Under the pieces are notes generated by a model that made no database searches, was not told where the DNA came from, and saw only the letters and a program-made list of their open reading frames with translations. From Octopus vulgaris (Eukaryota), in contig OX597823.1 in assembly GCA_951406725.2 (NCBI GenBank), positions 86,738,001 through 86,802,000 of the forward strand: a stretch of DNA of 64,000 bases, in the 5' to 3' direction. The position numbers and the translations under genes are program-made. Positions within the stretch are counted from its first letter, which is position 1. Every line of letters starts with the position of its first letter. Below are positions 39,267 through 52,199 of this stretch, piece by piece.

Positions 39267-40854
39267 TGCATACATACATACACACAAATACATACTTGCA
39301 TATATATATATATGCAAGTATGTATTTGTGTGTATGTATGTATGCATGTGTGTGTATGTATGTATGATACTACCACAAACAGATCATAAAATGTGTCTCC
39401 AAGAACGCCTATAACACCCGTATCAATGCAAGCACTTCAATAGTTTTTTGTCCACCAAATTCCGATGCATGGACCATGGCTATGGCTTCCACTTTCATAT
39501 AATTCAATTTTGTATTGGAATTCTGGCACCAGTAAATATAACAACTTAACTTGATGTAATATACAGAGTCATGGCTGGAGGCCGGTTAATTTCGAATCTT
39601 AGTAGTACAAAAAAAAAACAGAAAATTTATTTGGTTGTTACCTTTTTACTTCTTAGACTCCTTTAAGTTGTTTGTTATGTATTTGTTGACAGCAACATCT
39701 ATTGTCATGGCAGCTACAATTGCTTCTTCAGGTATGATGAGAATACTCTGTCACCATTGTAAATTTCGGGTGAAGGGTTGCAGTTGTTTGAATCAAAGCT
39801 AGGACTCCAAAATATTTATAGCCCCTGGCACACAGAAATCTTGAACATAAAGATCATTATTATTCTAGTGCTTTTAAAACATACTCACGTACATACACAC
39901 ATGTATGTATATGTTTATGTGGTGTGTGTGAGAGTGAGTGAGAGAGAGAGAGAAGGAGGGAGAGAGAGAGAAGGAGGTAGAGAGAGAAGGAGGGAGAGAG
40001 AGAGACCAAATTTCACTAAATCTAAATGAAAAATAAACTTTAAAAATTTTGATTCAGAGAAATTTCTATGCATAGGTTGCCATTTTTAAACCAACACCTA
40101 ATCTCATCTCGTAATTCTTGCCACAAACTTTAATCTTAGATTAACTTCCTTATTACTTCCTTCAGTCTAACTTACAATGTCGTCCGCTGTTATAACATCA
40201 TCATTACTATCATACCAATTATAAGCTTAGAGAATTTAAGGAAATATTGTACACCTAACGCTGGAAAAAGCATATCATAGTACATATAACATTTTATATT
40301 AAGGTAATCTTACTATACAACTTAACATGGATAACTTGTTACAACACCAAATACTGCACTATTAGCCTCGAGAGATCTTCTCCAATAAGTGCTTGCTGCA
40401 TAAAAGCACACACGTAGATCATAGAAGACGAGAATCGGTCTGTTAGATTTTTAGATTTACTTACTTCTCCTCTATTTTATTTCCCTTTCATATTCCATTA
40501 TTGTATATCTTTCTATGTTTCTTAAAAGTCAACTCAATTTGAAGTAAATAATCCAACGATGTAATATAAGTAAACAGTATTTGATATATATATTACTGCA
40601 GTGTGCAGGGGATAAAAAAGAAAGGGCGCTGAGAGCGGTGTTTCTCGTCTACTGAAGGAAATGAATTTACCATTTCATTACAAATTTATCTTTTGATCAT
40701 AATGACTCCTTTTTATCTGATGAATTCCCTTGCTGCACAACATCATTATAATTATTGTTGTTGTATTATTTCTGTAGATGTTATTCTACTGCGCTTATTC
40801 TCAGTACGTGTGTGCATGTGTGTGTGTGTATGTGTGATTTTTTCCCATTGTATT

Positions 40855-41330
40855 GAAATGGTCCAACATAATGCTATTTTCTCAATGCTGTATAACTGTT
40901 CAAGTCCTGGCATTTTGTTTCTATATATGTGTTTGTATCCGTTTCGTTTTACCATTCCTAAGGCATATATGATCATAAAGCTTGTTTCTATTTTCAGCCC
41001 CTATGCTATCAACATTTTCCCCCGCTTTTTCTAATTGGCTATTTTTTCTGTTTTTCCGCTTCGTTGGGAGATATATGGATGTTGGTTGATAGGATTGTTA
41101 TGAATTAGGAAACGTTTCTTTCCTTCAATAATATCTGGACAATTTAGCTTAATCTTCCTTTATGTATCATTCAATATCTCCTAAAATACCTTCCCTTTTC
41201 CATTCTCTGAAACCTTTCTTACTTTGTGTTTGTAACCTTTCTTTCCAGCTAGTATTGTATAATACTGGCATATATCTCAGTATATGAAAGTTCTGCCTAT
41301 GTCAAATTTGCATACAAACAGGATTTTGTC
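40855..41330 (-). mobile_element. Old R4/Dong-like C-terminal fragment
   Basis: MIIYALGMVK...MPGL..LYSIEKIAL resembles the RLE C-terminus seen in 4639-5163 and 12181-12730. Confidence 0.5.
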
Positions 41331-42554
41331 TAAACTAAGCAGCCAAACACAATACGACTGATTATTTCTTCATTTTCGTTCGTTGCACATTTTTGATAGT
41401 AACTAGTAGTGAGGCTTTGATCTTGAGCTTCGATCAAGGATGTTTCTCTCTTTTGCTTCTCGATCACTGCGGAGTCCATTCCACTATGTTAAATGTTGCA
41501 CTAGTTTATGATATGGGAAATGATGGGCTGTTTTCGTTCCTTTTTTGCTTGGAAAAATATATTTGAATAACAAAATATCTAAAATTCCGACCCAAAATAA
41601 ATTAACGTTGCTTCGATCATAATATTTTGGACTGTTAACCTCATTTATAGAACGGAATTTCTAAATGAGGTACTTATATACAAGTACCTCATTTTCATCT
41701 ACCTATTACTTCAATCCACTTGAGTAATAAAGGTAGAATGAGGTATTTTTATCTATTGGCTGAAACAGCTGTAAGTTATTTTCACAATTTATATTCATGT
41801 TTTTTAAAATAATTACTGGTATCCTTATATATTACTATATTTTATATCTTATATCTTATATGTTATATGTGAAGAATAGTATGTTATATGTATGTATATT
41901 ATTGTAAATATCAGTATAGTAAATAAATAAGTTAACGTAATATAATGTCTAAAAGTTGATGAACCACCTATTTATCTCCTCCATTTTTGTATTGCTATAT
42001 ATATATGTGTGTGTACGACAAGCTTCTACTAAATTTCCGATCAACCAAATCCTCTCACAAAGCCCCTATTACGTCGAGAGCGGACTTACTATGTGCCAAG
42101 ACAAATACTATGTTTAGACGTCAGTTCTGAAGTTACTTTTCTCCTTCATTCTAGGTAATTGCTAAATTATCTGGCATGAAGTTTCCATCGAGCCTGCCCA
42201 CGTTCAAAATATTTGCTAGCCATCAGATTCCTTCTTCTTATATATAGGACGGGTCACACTATCTAATGTATCCACCCTTTTTAAGCTACACTCCGTAATT
42301 TGAAGCTGATTTACATACTTTTCTCTTAAATGGAACCGTAGAGTCTTCATCGTTGTCACGAGGGATCGTTACCAGACACAAAAAGTGGCCAAAAATCTTT
42401 GAGCTCCTTAGAAGATGTATCACTGATTTGGGTTTTGTCCATTTATGTCTTGATTTGAAATTACTTCAGACTAAATGAAATATGTGTCAGGGAGATACTC
42501 ATTTTTGCATTATGTTTAGCGGGATTAGAAGTTTGTAATTGATTCCTGTGGGAA

Positions 42555-42885
42555 GGCAAACGGCTAAGTGGCCACGGTGTTCATCTCACTATCGTAATGT
42601 CGCCATTTTAATTCCATGCGATGGTAGTGTCGTCGTTGTGATTCGGTTCATTGTGTCCTTGAGTAAGACACTTTATTTCGCATTGCTCCAGCTCACTCTT
42701 CTGGCAAAACTGAGTTATATCTGTATTTCAAAGGGCCAACTTTCTCGCATTCTGTGACACATTGAATCTCCCTGAGAAATACGTTAAGGGTACGTGTATC
42801 TGTGTGGTGCTCACTCACTTCCACCTCGATTTCACGAGCAGGCTGTCTCACTGATCGGATCAAATTGTAACATCATCGCCGTAAT
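42555..42885 (+). mobile_element. SINE family S2-related, diverged
   Basis: gtccttgagtaagacactttatttc core and ctgtatttcaaagggcc...ctgagaa.tacgttaagggtac segment. Confidence 0.6.
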
Positions 42886-43004
42886 CGACCGAGAGCCAGT
42901 ATCACATGTACACAAGACAAATTTCCCTGCCACCCAATCAGCATAAACAATAATACATTTTTACTAACCACCAGAGTAACTTGGGAATTATAAAATGAAA
43001 TTTG

Positions 43005-43375
43005 TGGGAGTGGCTGTGTAGTAAGAAGCTTACCTCCCAGCCTCATGGTTCCGGATTCAATCCCACTGCGTGCCGTCTGGTTCGAGTGACCTTTACTATA
43101 GCTTCGGGCCAACCAAAGTTTTGTAAGTAGATTTGTTAGACGGGAAATTTGGTAGAAGTTCGTCGTATATATATATATATGGTTCTGTGTGTATGTATTT
43201 GTGCTTGTGTTTGTTTCCGCAACACTACCACCGATTGGAAACCCGAGGTGGTGTGTTTCCGTCTCTTTAAATTAAGGGTTCGAAAAAGACCGTTGGAATA
43301 GGTACCATGCTGAAAAAAAGTTTGTAAGTTTCTTCACTGTGGTACCCCAGCATGGCCATAGTACAGTGACTAATA
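43005..43375 (+). mobile_element. SINE family S3, diverged
   Basis: ggagtggctgtgtagtaagaagctt head and tail. Confidence 0.7.
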
Positions 43376-43552
43376 TTTCAAAGGGTTTTCATGCAAGGGT
43401 AACTAAAAGTCGGAGAAAAAATGGATTTTAGGAGCGACTTATACTTATATTTTTTGGAGAAAAAATGTGAAAATCGAAAAACTAAGAAAATGGAGAGAAT
43501 ATACGTATTTAAGTTACTGTTTTTCTCCTTACATGTTGATACGTGTCTATAT

Positions 43553-44364
43553 TCTTTTCTACTCTAGGCACAAGGCCCGAAATTTTTGAGGAGGGAGCCA
43601 GTCGATTAGATTGAATCCAGTACGCAACTGCTACTTAATTTATCGACCCCGAAAGGATGAAAGGCAAAGTCGACTTCGGCGGAATTTTAACTCAGAACGT
43701 AAAGACGGACGAAATACCGCTAAGCGTTTCGCCCGCCGTGCTAACGTCTCTTTTCTACTCTAGGCACAAGGCCTGAAATTTTGGGGGAGGGGAGCAGTCG
43801 ATTAGATCGACCTCAGTATGCAACTGGTACTTAATTTATCGGCTCCGAAAGGATGAAAGACAAAGTCGACCTCGGTGGAATGTGAACTCAAAACGTAACG
43901 ACGGTCGAAATACCGCTAAGAATTTCTCCCGGCGTACTAGTGTTTCTTATTTCTTTATTGCCCACAAGGGGCTAAACATAGAGGACATAACCAAGGACAG
44001 ACAAACGGATTAAGTCGATTAGATCAACTCCAGTGCGTAACTGGTACTTAATTTATCGACTCCGAAAGGATGAAAGGCAAAGTCGACCTCGGCGGAATTT
44101 GAACTAAGAAAGTAACGGATGACGAAATACCTATTTCTTTACTACCCACGAGGGGCTAAACACAGAGAGGACAAACAAGGAAAGACAAACGGATTAAGTC
44201 GATTAAATCGACCCCAGTGCGTAACTGGTACTTATTTAATCGACCCCGAAAGGATCAAAGGCAAAGTCGACCTGGGCGGAATTTGAACTCAGAACGTAAC
44301 GACAGACAAAATACGGTTACGCATTTCTCCCGACGTGCTAACGTTTCTGCCAGCTCGCCGCCTT
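43553..44364 (-). mobile_element. Head-to-tail tetramer of S1 SINEs with two different tails
   Basis: Four repeats of tacttaatttatcgaccccgaaaggatgaaaggcaaagtcgacctcggcggaatttgaactcag; only the rightmost has a complete head. Confidence 0.88.
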
Positions 44365-44376
44365 GATGCGAAATCC

Positions 44377-44795
44377 CTAAGACAGTGAGCTGACAGAATT
44401 GTTGCCACTGCATGCAAAATGTTTAGCTACATTTCGTTCATGTGTGCATGCTGACTACAAATGCCGCTATTAGTCGACTTTGCCTTTCGTCCTGTCGAAC
44501 TAGCAAAAACAATTACAAGTTGAACACGAGTCGATGTAATCGACTTACCCCTAAACGTGCTGGCATTGTGCCAAAATTTGAAACTAATACTAAGGTGGCG
44601 AGCTAGCAGAATTGTTAGCACGCCTGGAAAAATGCTGAGCGGTGTTTCGTCCGTCTTTGCGTTCTGAGTCTTGATTCCACCACGGGTGACTTCCTTTTAT
44701 CAGTTCGAGATCGATAAAATCAATACCAGTTGAACAAGTCCTCCTCCAAAAAATTCTGGCCTTGTGCCAACATTTGAATCCAAAATGTGAAACCA
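44377..44795 (+). mobile_element. Two adjacent S1 SINEs
   Basis: Heads at ~44378 and ~44592, each ending in gtgccaa.atttgaa. Confidence 0.7.
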
Positions 44796-45059
44796 AGGTT
44801 GTGAAATTCCTGATTTAACTGCGTATTTAGTCATCTTGCAAATATCAACATCATATCCAGAGAATTGACCCCATTGCTAACGACATTTTTTAATTTTGAA
44901 TTTATTCTCTTTACAGTATTTAAAAAAATATTTGTCTATTTGTCTTGTTACATTTTGTTTTCGTGTATCGCCTGTTTTCCTATCGCAATATCGTTCGATG
45001 CAGTTATAACTACAGTTGTAGCAGCTGCCACTAGCCTCAACATAAGCTAACGTTCAATG

Positions 45060-45229
45060 AAGTAGTAGTAGTAGTAGTAACGTCAGTAGTAGTATTAGCG
45101 ACAACAACAACAGCAGCAGCAGCAGTAGTAGTAGTAGTAGTAGTGGTGGTGAGGTGGTCATGGGGATGGTGCTGATGGTGGTGTACATAGTATTTGTAGT
45201 ACTGGTGTTTGTTGTAGTGGTGGTGTTGA

Positions 45230-45262
<33 letters not shown>

Positions 45263-45390
45263 CGACAGCAGCAGCAGCAGTGGCAGGAGCAGCAGCGGCA
45301 GTAGTAGTAGTGGTGGTGGTCATGGTGATGGTGCTGATGGTGGTGTACGTAGTATTTGTTGTAGTGGTGATGTTAGTAGCAGCAGCAGTA

Positions 45391-45433
<43 letters not shown>

Positions 45434-45520
45434 CAGCAGCAATTGTTGTTGTTATTGTTGTTGTTGTAGTAGTAGTTGTAGTAGTAGTTGTAGTAGTAGT
45501 AGCGGCAGCCGCGGCGGTAG
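45060..45520. repeat. Compound (GTA/GCA/GTG/GTT)n trinucleotide repeat with an internal ~50-bp duplication
   Basis: gtggtcatgg.gatggtgctgatggtggtgtac.tagtatttgt occurs at ~45154 and ~45316. Confidence 0.85.
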
Positions 45521-46442
45521 TTAGGGCGTTAGACGTGTAGACAGTGCGGAAAAGAAAGATTTAAGATTTACAGAAATAATGGAATACAATTACATTGAAT
45601 GGAAAGAGATATTGAAAGGAGTGAGGGCTCTGATCTCTGACGCAGATATTCCACTACGATTCAAAGATTTCTTTTATTATTATTATTATAATAATTTTGT
45701 TTGTTTCTTTTTCACAAATATTTCGATTAGAAAGTAAAGCTAACGTTTGATAGTTCTTTTGTTTGGCTAAAGTAACGAAAGAAAAAAAAAAACTCAAATG
45801 CAATCGAATGCAAAATGCTATACCAGCGCAAAAAAAAAAGAATTCTAGTCTGCAAACTTCTTTAATACCCACGTTCATTTCTTTGTCTTCGTTATGTTTT
45901 ATCATTCTCCTTCTTTTCATTTGTAAACCACGTTTCTTTATCTTGCTCATTGTTTGATAGAAATCTCTATTGTTCTTCGTATTGGTCGTTCGCACGTAAC
46001 GCCCTCCAGCCATACAACTGCAAGAGATGTCCGCGTTCAAACATGCACGTAGTTACTGTTTAAATTCAGTCAGTTATTTATTGCTACACTAAAAACAAAA
46101 ACAACAAAAAAATAATAATAAAACGGTTGCAATTGAAGAAAAAAATTATTTATTTGAACGATATTCGTTATCAATTATATCAGACAAGATGTTGGAAATC
46201 AATACAAGAGAATAATGTTAGAAATGTTAAAAATCAATAATATTTAAGAAAAGCACACACTTTTGTTATTATTAAAAGAAATTGAAAGAATGCCGCGTCG
46301 AAGATAAAGAAAAAAACTCTATGGGTGTGATATTTTCATAGAAAAGGCTTACATTTTAAAAACACGAAATAAAAATGTAGTCGTTGGGATTAAAAACTAT
46401 ACCAAGAGGACATTTTGAGATATTAAATATTATAAAAATTAA

Positions 46443-46845
46443 AAGGCGGCGAGCTGGCAGAAACGTTAAGCACGCTGGGAGAAAATGCTTAGCTGTATTT
46501 CGTCTGCCGCTACGTTCTGGGTTCAAATTGCGCCGAGGTCGACTTTGCCTTTCATCCTTTCGGAGTCGATTAAATAAGGACCAGCTACGCACTAGAGTCG
46601 ATATGATCGACTTAATCCATTTGCTTGTCCTTGTTTGTCATCTCTGTGTTTAGCCCCTTGTGGGTAGTAAAGAAATAGGTATTTCGTCTGTCTTTACGTT
46701 ATGAGTTCCAATTCCGCCGAAGTTGACTTTGCCTTTTATCCTTCGAAGTCGATAAATTAAGTACAATTTCCCTACAGTGGTCGATCCAATCGACTGGCCC
46801 CCTCCCCGTCCTAAAAATATTTGTGCCCAGATTAGAAACGAATAT
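46443..46845 (+). mobile_element. S1 SINE dimer (tail B unit followed by tail A unit)
   Basis: Complete head, junction gtaaagaaata|ggtatttcgtc at ~46677. Confidence 0.85.
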
Positions 46846-47883
46846 TATTAAAATTACCATTTTAAAGTAATTGATGTTGAATAGCGTTCACTGATATATT
46901 AAAACAGATTGTTCTAGATTTTATAAGGGTTTTTAGAAGACAGGTTTGCTGAAGAAAATAGCCCTGAATATTCTCTAAACACTTAAGATTATCAGGTTTG
47001 CTAATACATGGGTATCCAGTAAGCTGGCTTATCCCGGAGCGGACCGTACTCTTCATTCCAATTAGCTACTGACCATAGGATTGACTTTCAAATCCATCCT
47101 TCAGAGTCATTTCGAGGTATTTATGCAGTCAGGTTGTAATGCAATGACAACACTCAAAGGAAAAAGAGCAGTGGTGTTTGATGCCTATAAGAGTGTTTAT
47201 GCTAGATACACGGGATAATAGCTCAAGAGGGATATCACCATGAACTGAAGGTGTACGGTACATATTTTAATATGGTAGTCTAATTATCTTCTGCCCTTAA
47301 TGTTAATCACATCTGGATAGAATTGGCTGTAGTTGTCCAACTATGCGATTAGCTAAGCCATTAGTCGACAGTTCAAATAATGAGCAAGTGGGACACACCA
47401 CACTATATGACCAGAGAATCGAACCATCGACTTTATGATCCTGAATCAAATAGGCTGAGTCAATCAGATACGCGACTTTACTGAGAAAATTTGCTCCTCA
47501 CTGTGTTAATAAGAGAATAATAAAATACAACAATATATTTGTGGTTTAGCAAAAATACATACATTTACATATCGCCAACTAAAGATATAAGAGTTTATTA
47601 TATTGATGGTTTCGGAAATTACTGCAAAATTCATTTCCTGTTTCGTTTACTTCTCTTCGTTACCCAAGCAAATTTACACTGAGCAATACGCACATAGACA
47701 GGCATGCACACAAACACACACATACACAAATAAACACACATACACCGACATATATGTATGATAGAGCAAAGTATGAACAGACAGTCTGAAGTCAGGTAGT
47801 CTTAAGGAATCATATCGATGTATACCGTATTTATATAATATATTGAAGAGAGCTATATAGATATATACTATCAGTCGAACAAA

Positions 47884-48117
47884 CACAGTGTATATGTAAT
47901 GTTTACACACCCATTTACTGCAGGATAGCGTCTAGGGAAGGCTTACCTATACGGCCTTGAGTCTTAAATTAGCACCGAATGTTCCAGACCAGGTGAGAGA
48001 CCATGCCTCGAGATGATCTGCGGCATATTCTTTTTTAACACTCGGCAACGTGTAGCCAGTTTTCCCTCGACCTTCTACCGCAGTAAATCGGTGGATAAAC
48101 GGAACACAAACACTTTG
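47884..48117. mobile_element. Putative MITE with imperfect ~40-bp TIRs
   Basis: gtttacacacccatttactgcagg versus reverse complement gtttatccaccgatttactgcgg. Confidence 0.45.
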
Positions 48118-48167
48118 TGTGTGTATGTTTATGTTTATATATATATATAAACATACACACACACAAA

Positions 48168-48224
<57 letters not shown>

Positions 48225-48482
48225 TAAAGTAAATAAATGGTACAACAAGGCACCAATGTTTACTGGAAAATAGCAATCGTAATTAATACGACGCTATTGT
48301 ATAGCTTCACTGTGTATATACTAGCAAAGACGCGTGTGTGCAACAAACGTGAACAAAATTTGTCTTACCTCTAGGAAGAACATCTGATAAATGGACAACC
48401 TAGAATCGGATAGTGCAGAACCGGTTTCTAACTCTTCAAATACGTTATACACACACACAAATATAAAGCGCATGGCTTTGTG

Positions 48483-48805
48483 AAGGCACATGGTTCAGTG
48501 GTTAAAACGTCGAACTTACGCTCGTGAGGTTGTGAGTTCGAATCCCAGACTGGGCTGCGTGTTTTGTTCTTGAGTAAGACACTTTATTTCACGTTGCTGC
48601 AGTTCACTCAGCTGTAGAAATAAGTTGCGACGTCACAGGTGCCGAGCTGTATCGGCCTTCGCCATCCACTTAGATAACACTGGTGGCATGGAGACGGGAG
48701 GCCGGTATGTATGGGCGACTACTGGTCTTCCATAAACAATTTTGCCCGGACTTGTGCCTGGGAAGGTAATTTTATAGATGTAATCCAATGATCGAAGGGG
48801 GTCTC
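48483..48805 (+). mobile_element. SINE family S2-related
   Basis: tRNA-like head (tggttcagtggtt, gagttcgaatccc) and tail shared with 34437-34945. Confidence 0.75.
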
Positions 48806-48854
48806 AGCATATATATACATATATATATACATAGATATATATGTGTGTGTAAGT

Positions 48855-49000
48855 AAAGTAACAAACTAGGGAAAGGAATTCTCTCAAAGGGGTGTGTAAA
48901 ACATCCAATTCACTGGTACGTCAGTTGAATACCACATAAATATGGCTATAATGCAAATTACAAGCAATAATTTAAATAGAGATACAGTTGACAATCCAAT
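48855..49000. repeat. Repeat homologous (inverted) to ~1720-1830
   Basis: ctcaaagggg.gtg..aaacatccaatt.actggtac.tcagttgaataccacat.aatat. Confidence 0.7.
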
Positions 49001-49709
49001 AATTTAAGATTGTTTACAATAAGTCCCAAAAAATGGGCTTTATTTATTTAGTTTATCGGAGGGAGAATTGTTAGATTTCTCTTCATATTTATTACGAAAT
49101 TCTCCCTTCCATAAACTAAATAAAGAACATCTTTATTACTTACTGTAAACAATCTTTTTTATCTCAATATACATATATATTATCCTTATCAATATATATA
49201 TATATATATATTATCCTTTATATTTACTTATACATTATATTACAGTCTCTAGATTAAGTAAAACCCTGATACTTAATTTATACACCTATATATTATTGTT
49301 GTAGGTTATTATGATAGCCAAAGATTTTCTTCGACCTTAAATGAGTTTGGATTAATATTATTTGCGATATATAGAAATATATCTCGTTTGTTATAGGTTC
49401 TATTTACTGAAAAATGTTGTCCGTTATAACTTTGTTATTTTTAATTGTAATTGTTATGTAGTTAAAAACTTAAAAGCTCATTCTCATAACACACAGGCAC
49501 TTGAATTATTGTTTTAAAATCCATCCGTCCTTTCACACACAGTTTCGTCATCTTTAAACCGTAGCTCTGACGAGACTTATATAAGTCAACCGAATTATTT
49601 ATAAATCAAAAATTCATATAAGTCGAAGCAAAATCTTGGCTCTTTTGGTTTTTAATGATTTTTTAATGTTATCTTATATTATATTCATATGTTATGTTAT
49701 ATTATAATG

Positions 49710-50095
49710 TGGAGGCGCAATGGTCCAGTGGTTAGGGCAGCGGACTCGCGGTCATAGGATCGCGGTGTCGATTCCCAGACCGGGCGTTGTGAGTGTTTAT
49801 TGAGCGAAAACACCTAAAAGCTCCACGAGGCTCCGGCAGGGATGGAGGTGATCCCTGCTGTACTCTTTCACCGCAACATTCTCTCACTCTTACTTCCTGT
49901 TTCTGTTGTACCTGTATTTCAAAGGGCCCGGCCTTGTCACACTCTGTGTCACGCTGAATATCCCCGAGAACTACGTTAAGGGTACACGAGTCTGTGGAGT
50001 GCTCAGCCACTTACACGTTAATTTCACGAGCAGGCTGTTCCGTTGATTCGGATCAACCGGAACCCTCGTCGTCGTAACCGACGGAGTGCTTCCAT
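49710..50095 (+). mobile_element. SINE family S2, full length, young
   Basis: Complete head, core and tail ...accctcgtcgtcgtaaccgacggagtgc. Confidence 0.85.
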
Positions 50096-50611
50096 CCATC
50101 CATATATATATATACATATATATATATTATGTTGAACCGTTATACACTACACATGTTTTTCTCTCCATTACAGAATTCATTTTTCGCTGTTGGGATAAGC
50201 ATTTTTTCTTCTGACGATGGAACTTGCAGCAAATCACATTTTGTCATGCTGTCAACTGAAACAACATTGGAAATAAGCGAACGAATTTATTTGACATCCC
50301 AATAATAGAACTATATGCTTTCATTTTTGCTTCCTTTCCACAACGTAGCTATAAGGATTAGTTAACCGGATGCTGGAACTGAAGGAGCACGTTAGTAAAA
50401 TTTTGTACTCTGGAATAGAACCCTGCACAATGAGGTTGTGAAACGAAATTTTTAATCACATACTTATAATGCCTGCATTAATAGAAATAGAAATTTATAT
50501 ACACATGTACATTTAAATTAAGTAATTATACTCTACAACTAGTATTGAGTTCTTTTCTCCTTTTTATATAAAAGAAAATGAATATATATGATTATATATA
50601 TATGAACACAC

Positions 50612-50657
<46 letters not shown>

Positions 50658-50715
50658 ACATATATATGTATGTATATATTATATATATGCATACATACAT
50701 ACATACATACATACA

Positions 50716-50753
<38 letters not shown>

Positions 50754-50941
50754 AAGAGGGAGAGAGAGGGTAAAAAGTGGAAGAAATTGGAGAGTAGGAA
50801 GATACAGATTGATAGATCGTTAGATACACGCATACGTATACATACACACACACACATATATAGATACACATATATACATATATGTATATATATATATACA
50901 CATAAATCTACGTATACAAACATATACGCTTGCACATATGC

Positions 50942-50974
<33 letters not shown>

Positions 50975-51492
50975 TGTATGTATGTATGTATGTATCTCTG
51001 TATGTATGTATACACGTACAGATATATGCATATATAATTGCTCATATGTATTTACACACAGACATAGCAACATAACTAATGATTGAAACATGCCAAATTT
51101 GTATGTGTATTCATATTAGATAAACATGAGAAGAAATATTAAATTATAGACAAAGACAGAGAGAAAGGCAAACAAGATTTGTATTACTTCGCATCATTTC
51201 CGATTCAAAAAAGCTCTGAATTGATTTTCCTATCCAATCATTGATATCAATAATTTTTATTATAGTTTTCACTAATGGATCATAAACGTTGCATCTCATT
51301 TAATTTACTTTATGTCGAATAACAATTTACGAATAAATTAATTCTTTGTTATTTTTACATTTGGCTCTTTACGAAATTCCAGTCTTTTGAGATGTATAAT
51401 AATATAATGATAATTGTGATAATCGTGATAATTGTGAATGATGATGATATGATGATGATGATGATGATAATGATGCTGATGCTGATGATGAT

Positions 51493-51541
<49 letters not shown>

Positions 51542-52199
51542 TTAAGGTAATAATACGTGCTGATTTCTTTATACTCTTTAATTAAAATGGTTTAATGAAT
51601 AGCGGAGAATATATTTGTAATTGGTGAATGCCTCCTATGTAAAATTATGTGCTAAATTTATTGAAGCTCACGTGATTTCAAACAAGCGATTTTTATCATA
51701 AGCATATATCATTTGAAAATTTCACAATTAAATAATAAAATTGTAGAATAATATAGATTTGATTGTGGACAAAATAACTAATTGTTAGAAGGTTGATTTG
51801 GAGCTGTTTGTGTCATCTTCATATTTTACTACTACTTAAATTATCGACTAATTTAGCATTTCAAAACTGCACTGAAAGAGACCAAATTAATTATTCCACG
51901 TATTCAGTGCTTTACGGTTAGAAAAAAACTACGTTACACTTGGTACCTTTAATCTAGTCGACAATTTTGTGAAAATTTTCATAAAGTTTCCAGTCTAATG
52001 AGAAGTTTATAACTTTAAATTTTGTTTCCTACAGCAACAGTCTGTGAGATGTGGTTACTTTTAGTGTAGTAGATAGGGTGACATAAGTTACCCAAATGTA
52101 GTAACCCAGATCACCCTATCTACTACCCTCTAAACCTGTTTCTCACTCCGGTTCTTACAAGATCTTCGATCAGCTGAGTATGAGAGTCCCTAGTGTATA

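Noticed and set aside
45054-45540. Hydrophobic poly-V and poly-T ORFs
   Set aside because: Compound trinucleotide repeat
46860-47350. Possible coding or transposon fragment
   Set aside because: Multiple stops and no motif I could recognise
47940-48080. Minus-strand exon ending at ag|gtaagc
   Set aside because: Lies within imperfect inverted repeats suggesting a MITE; no recognisable peptide
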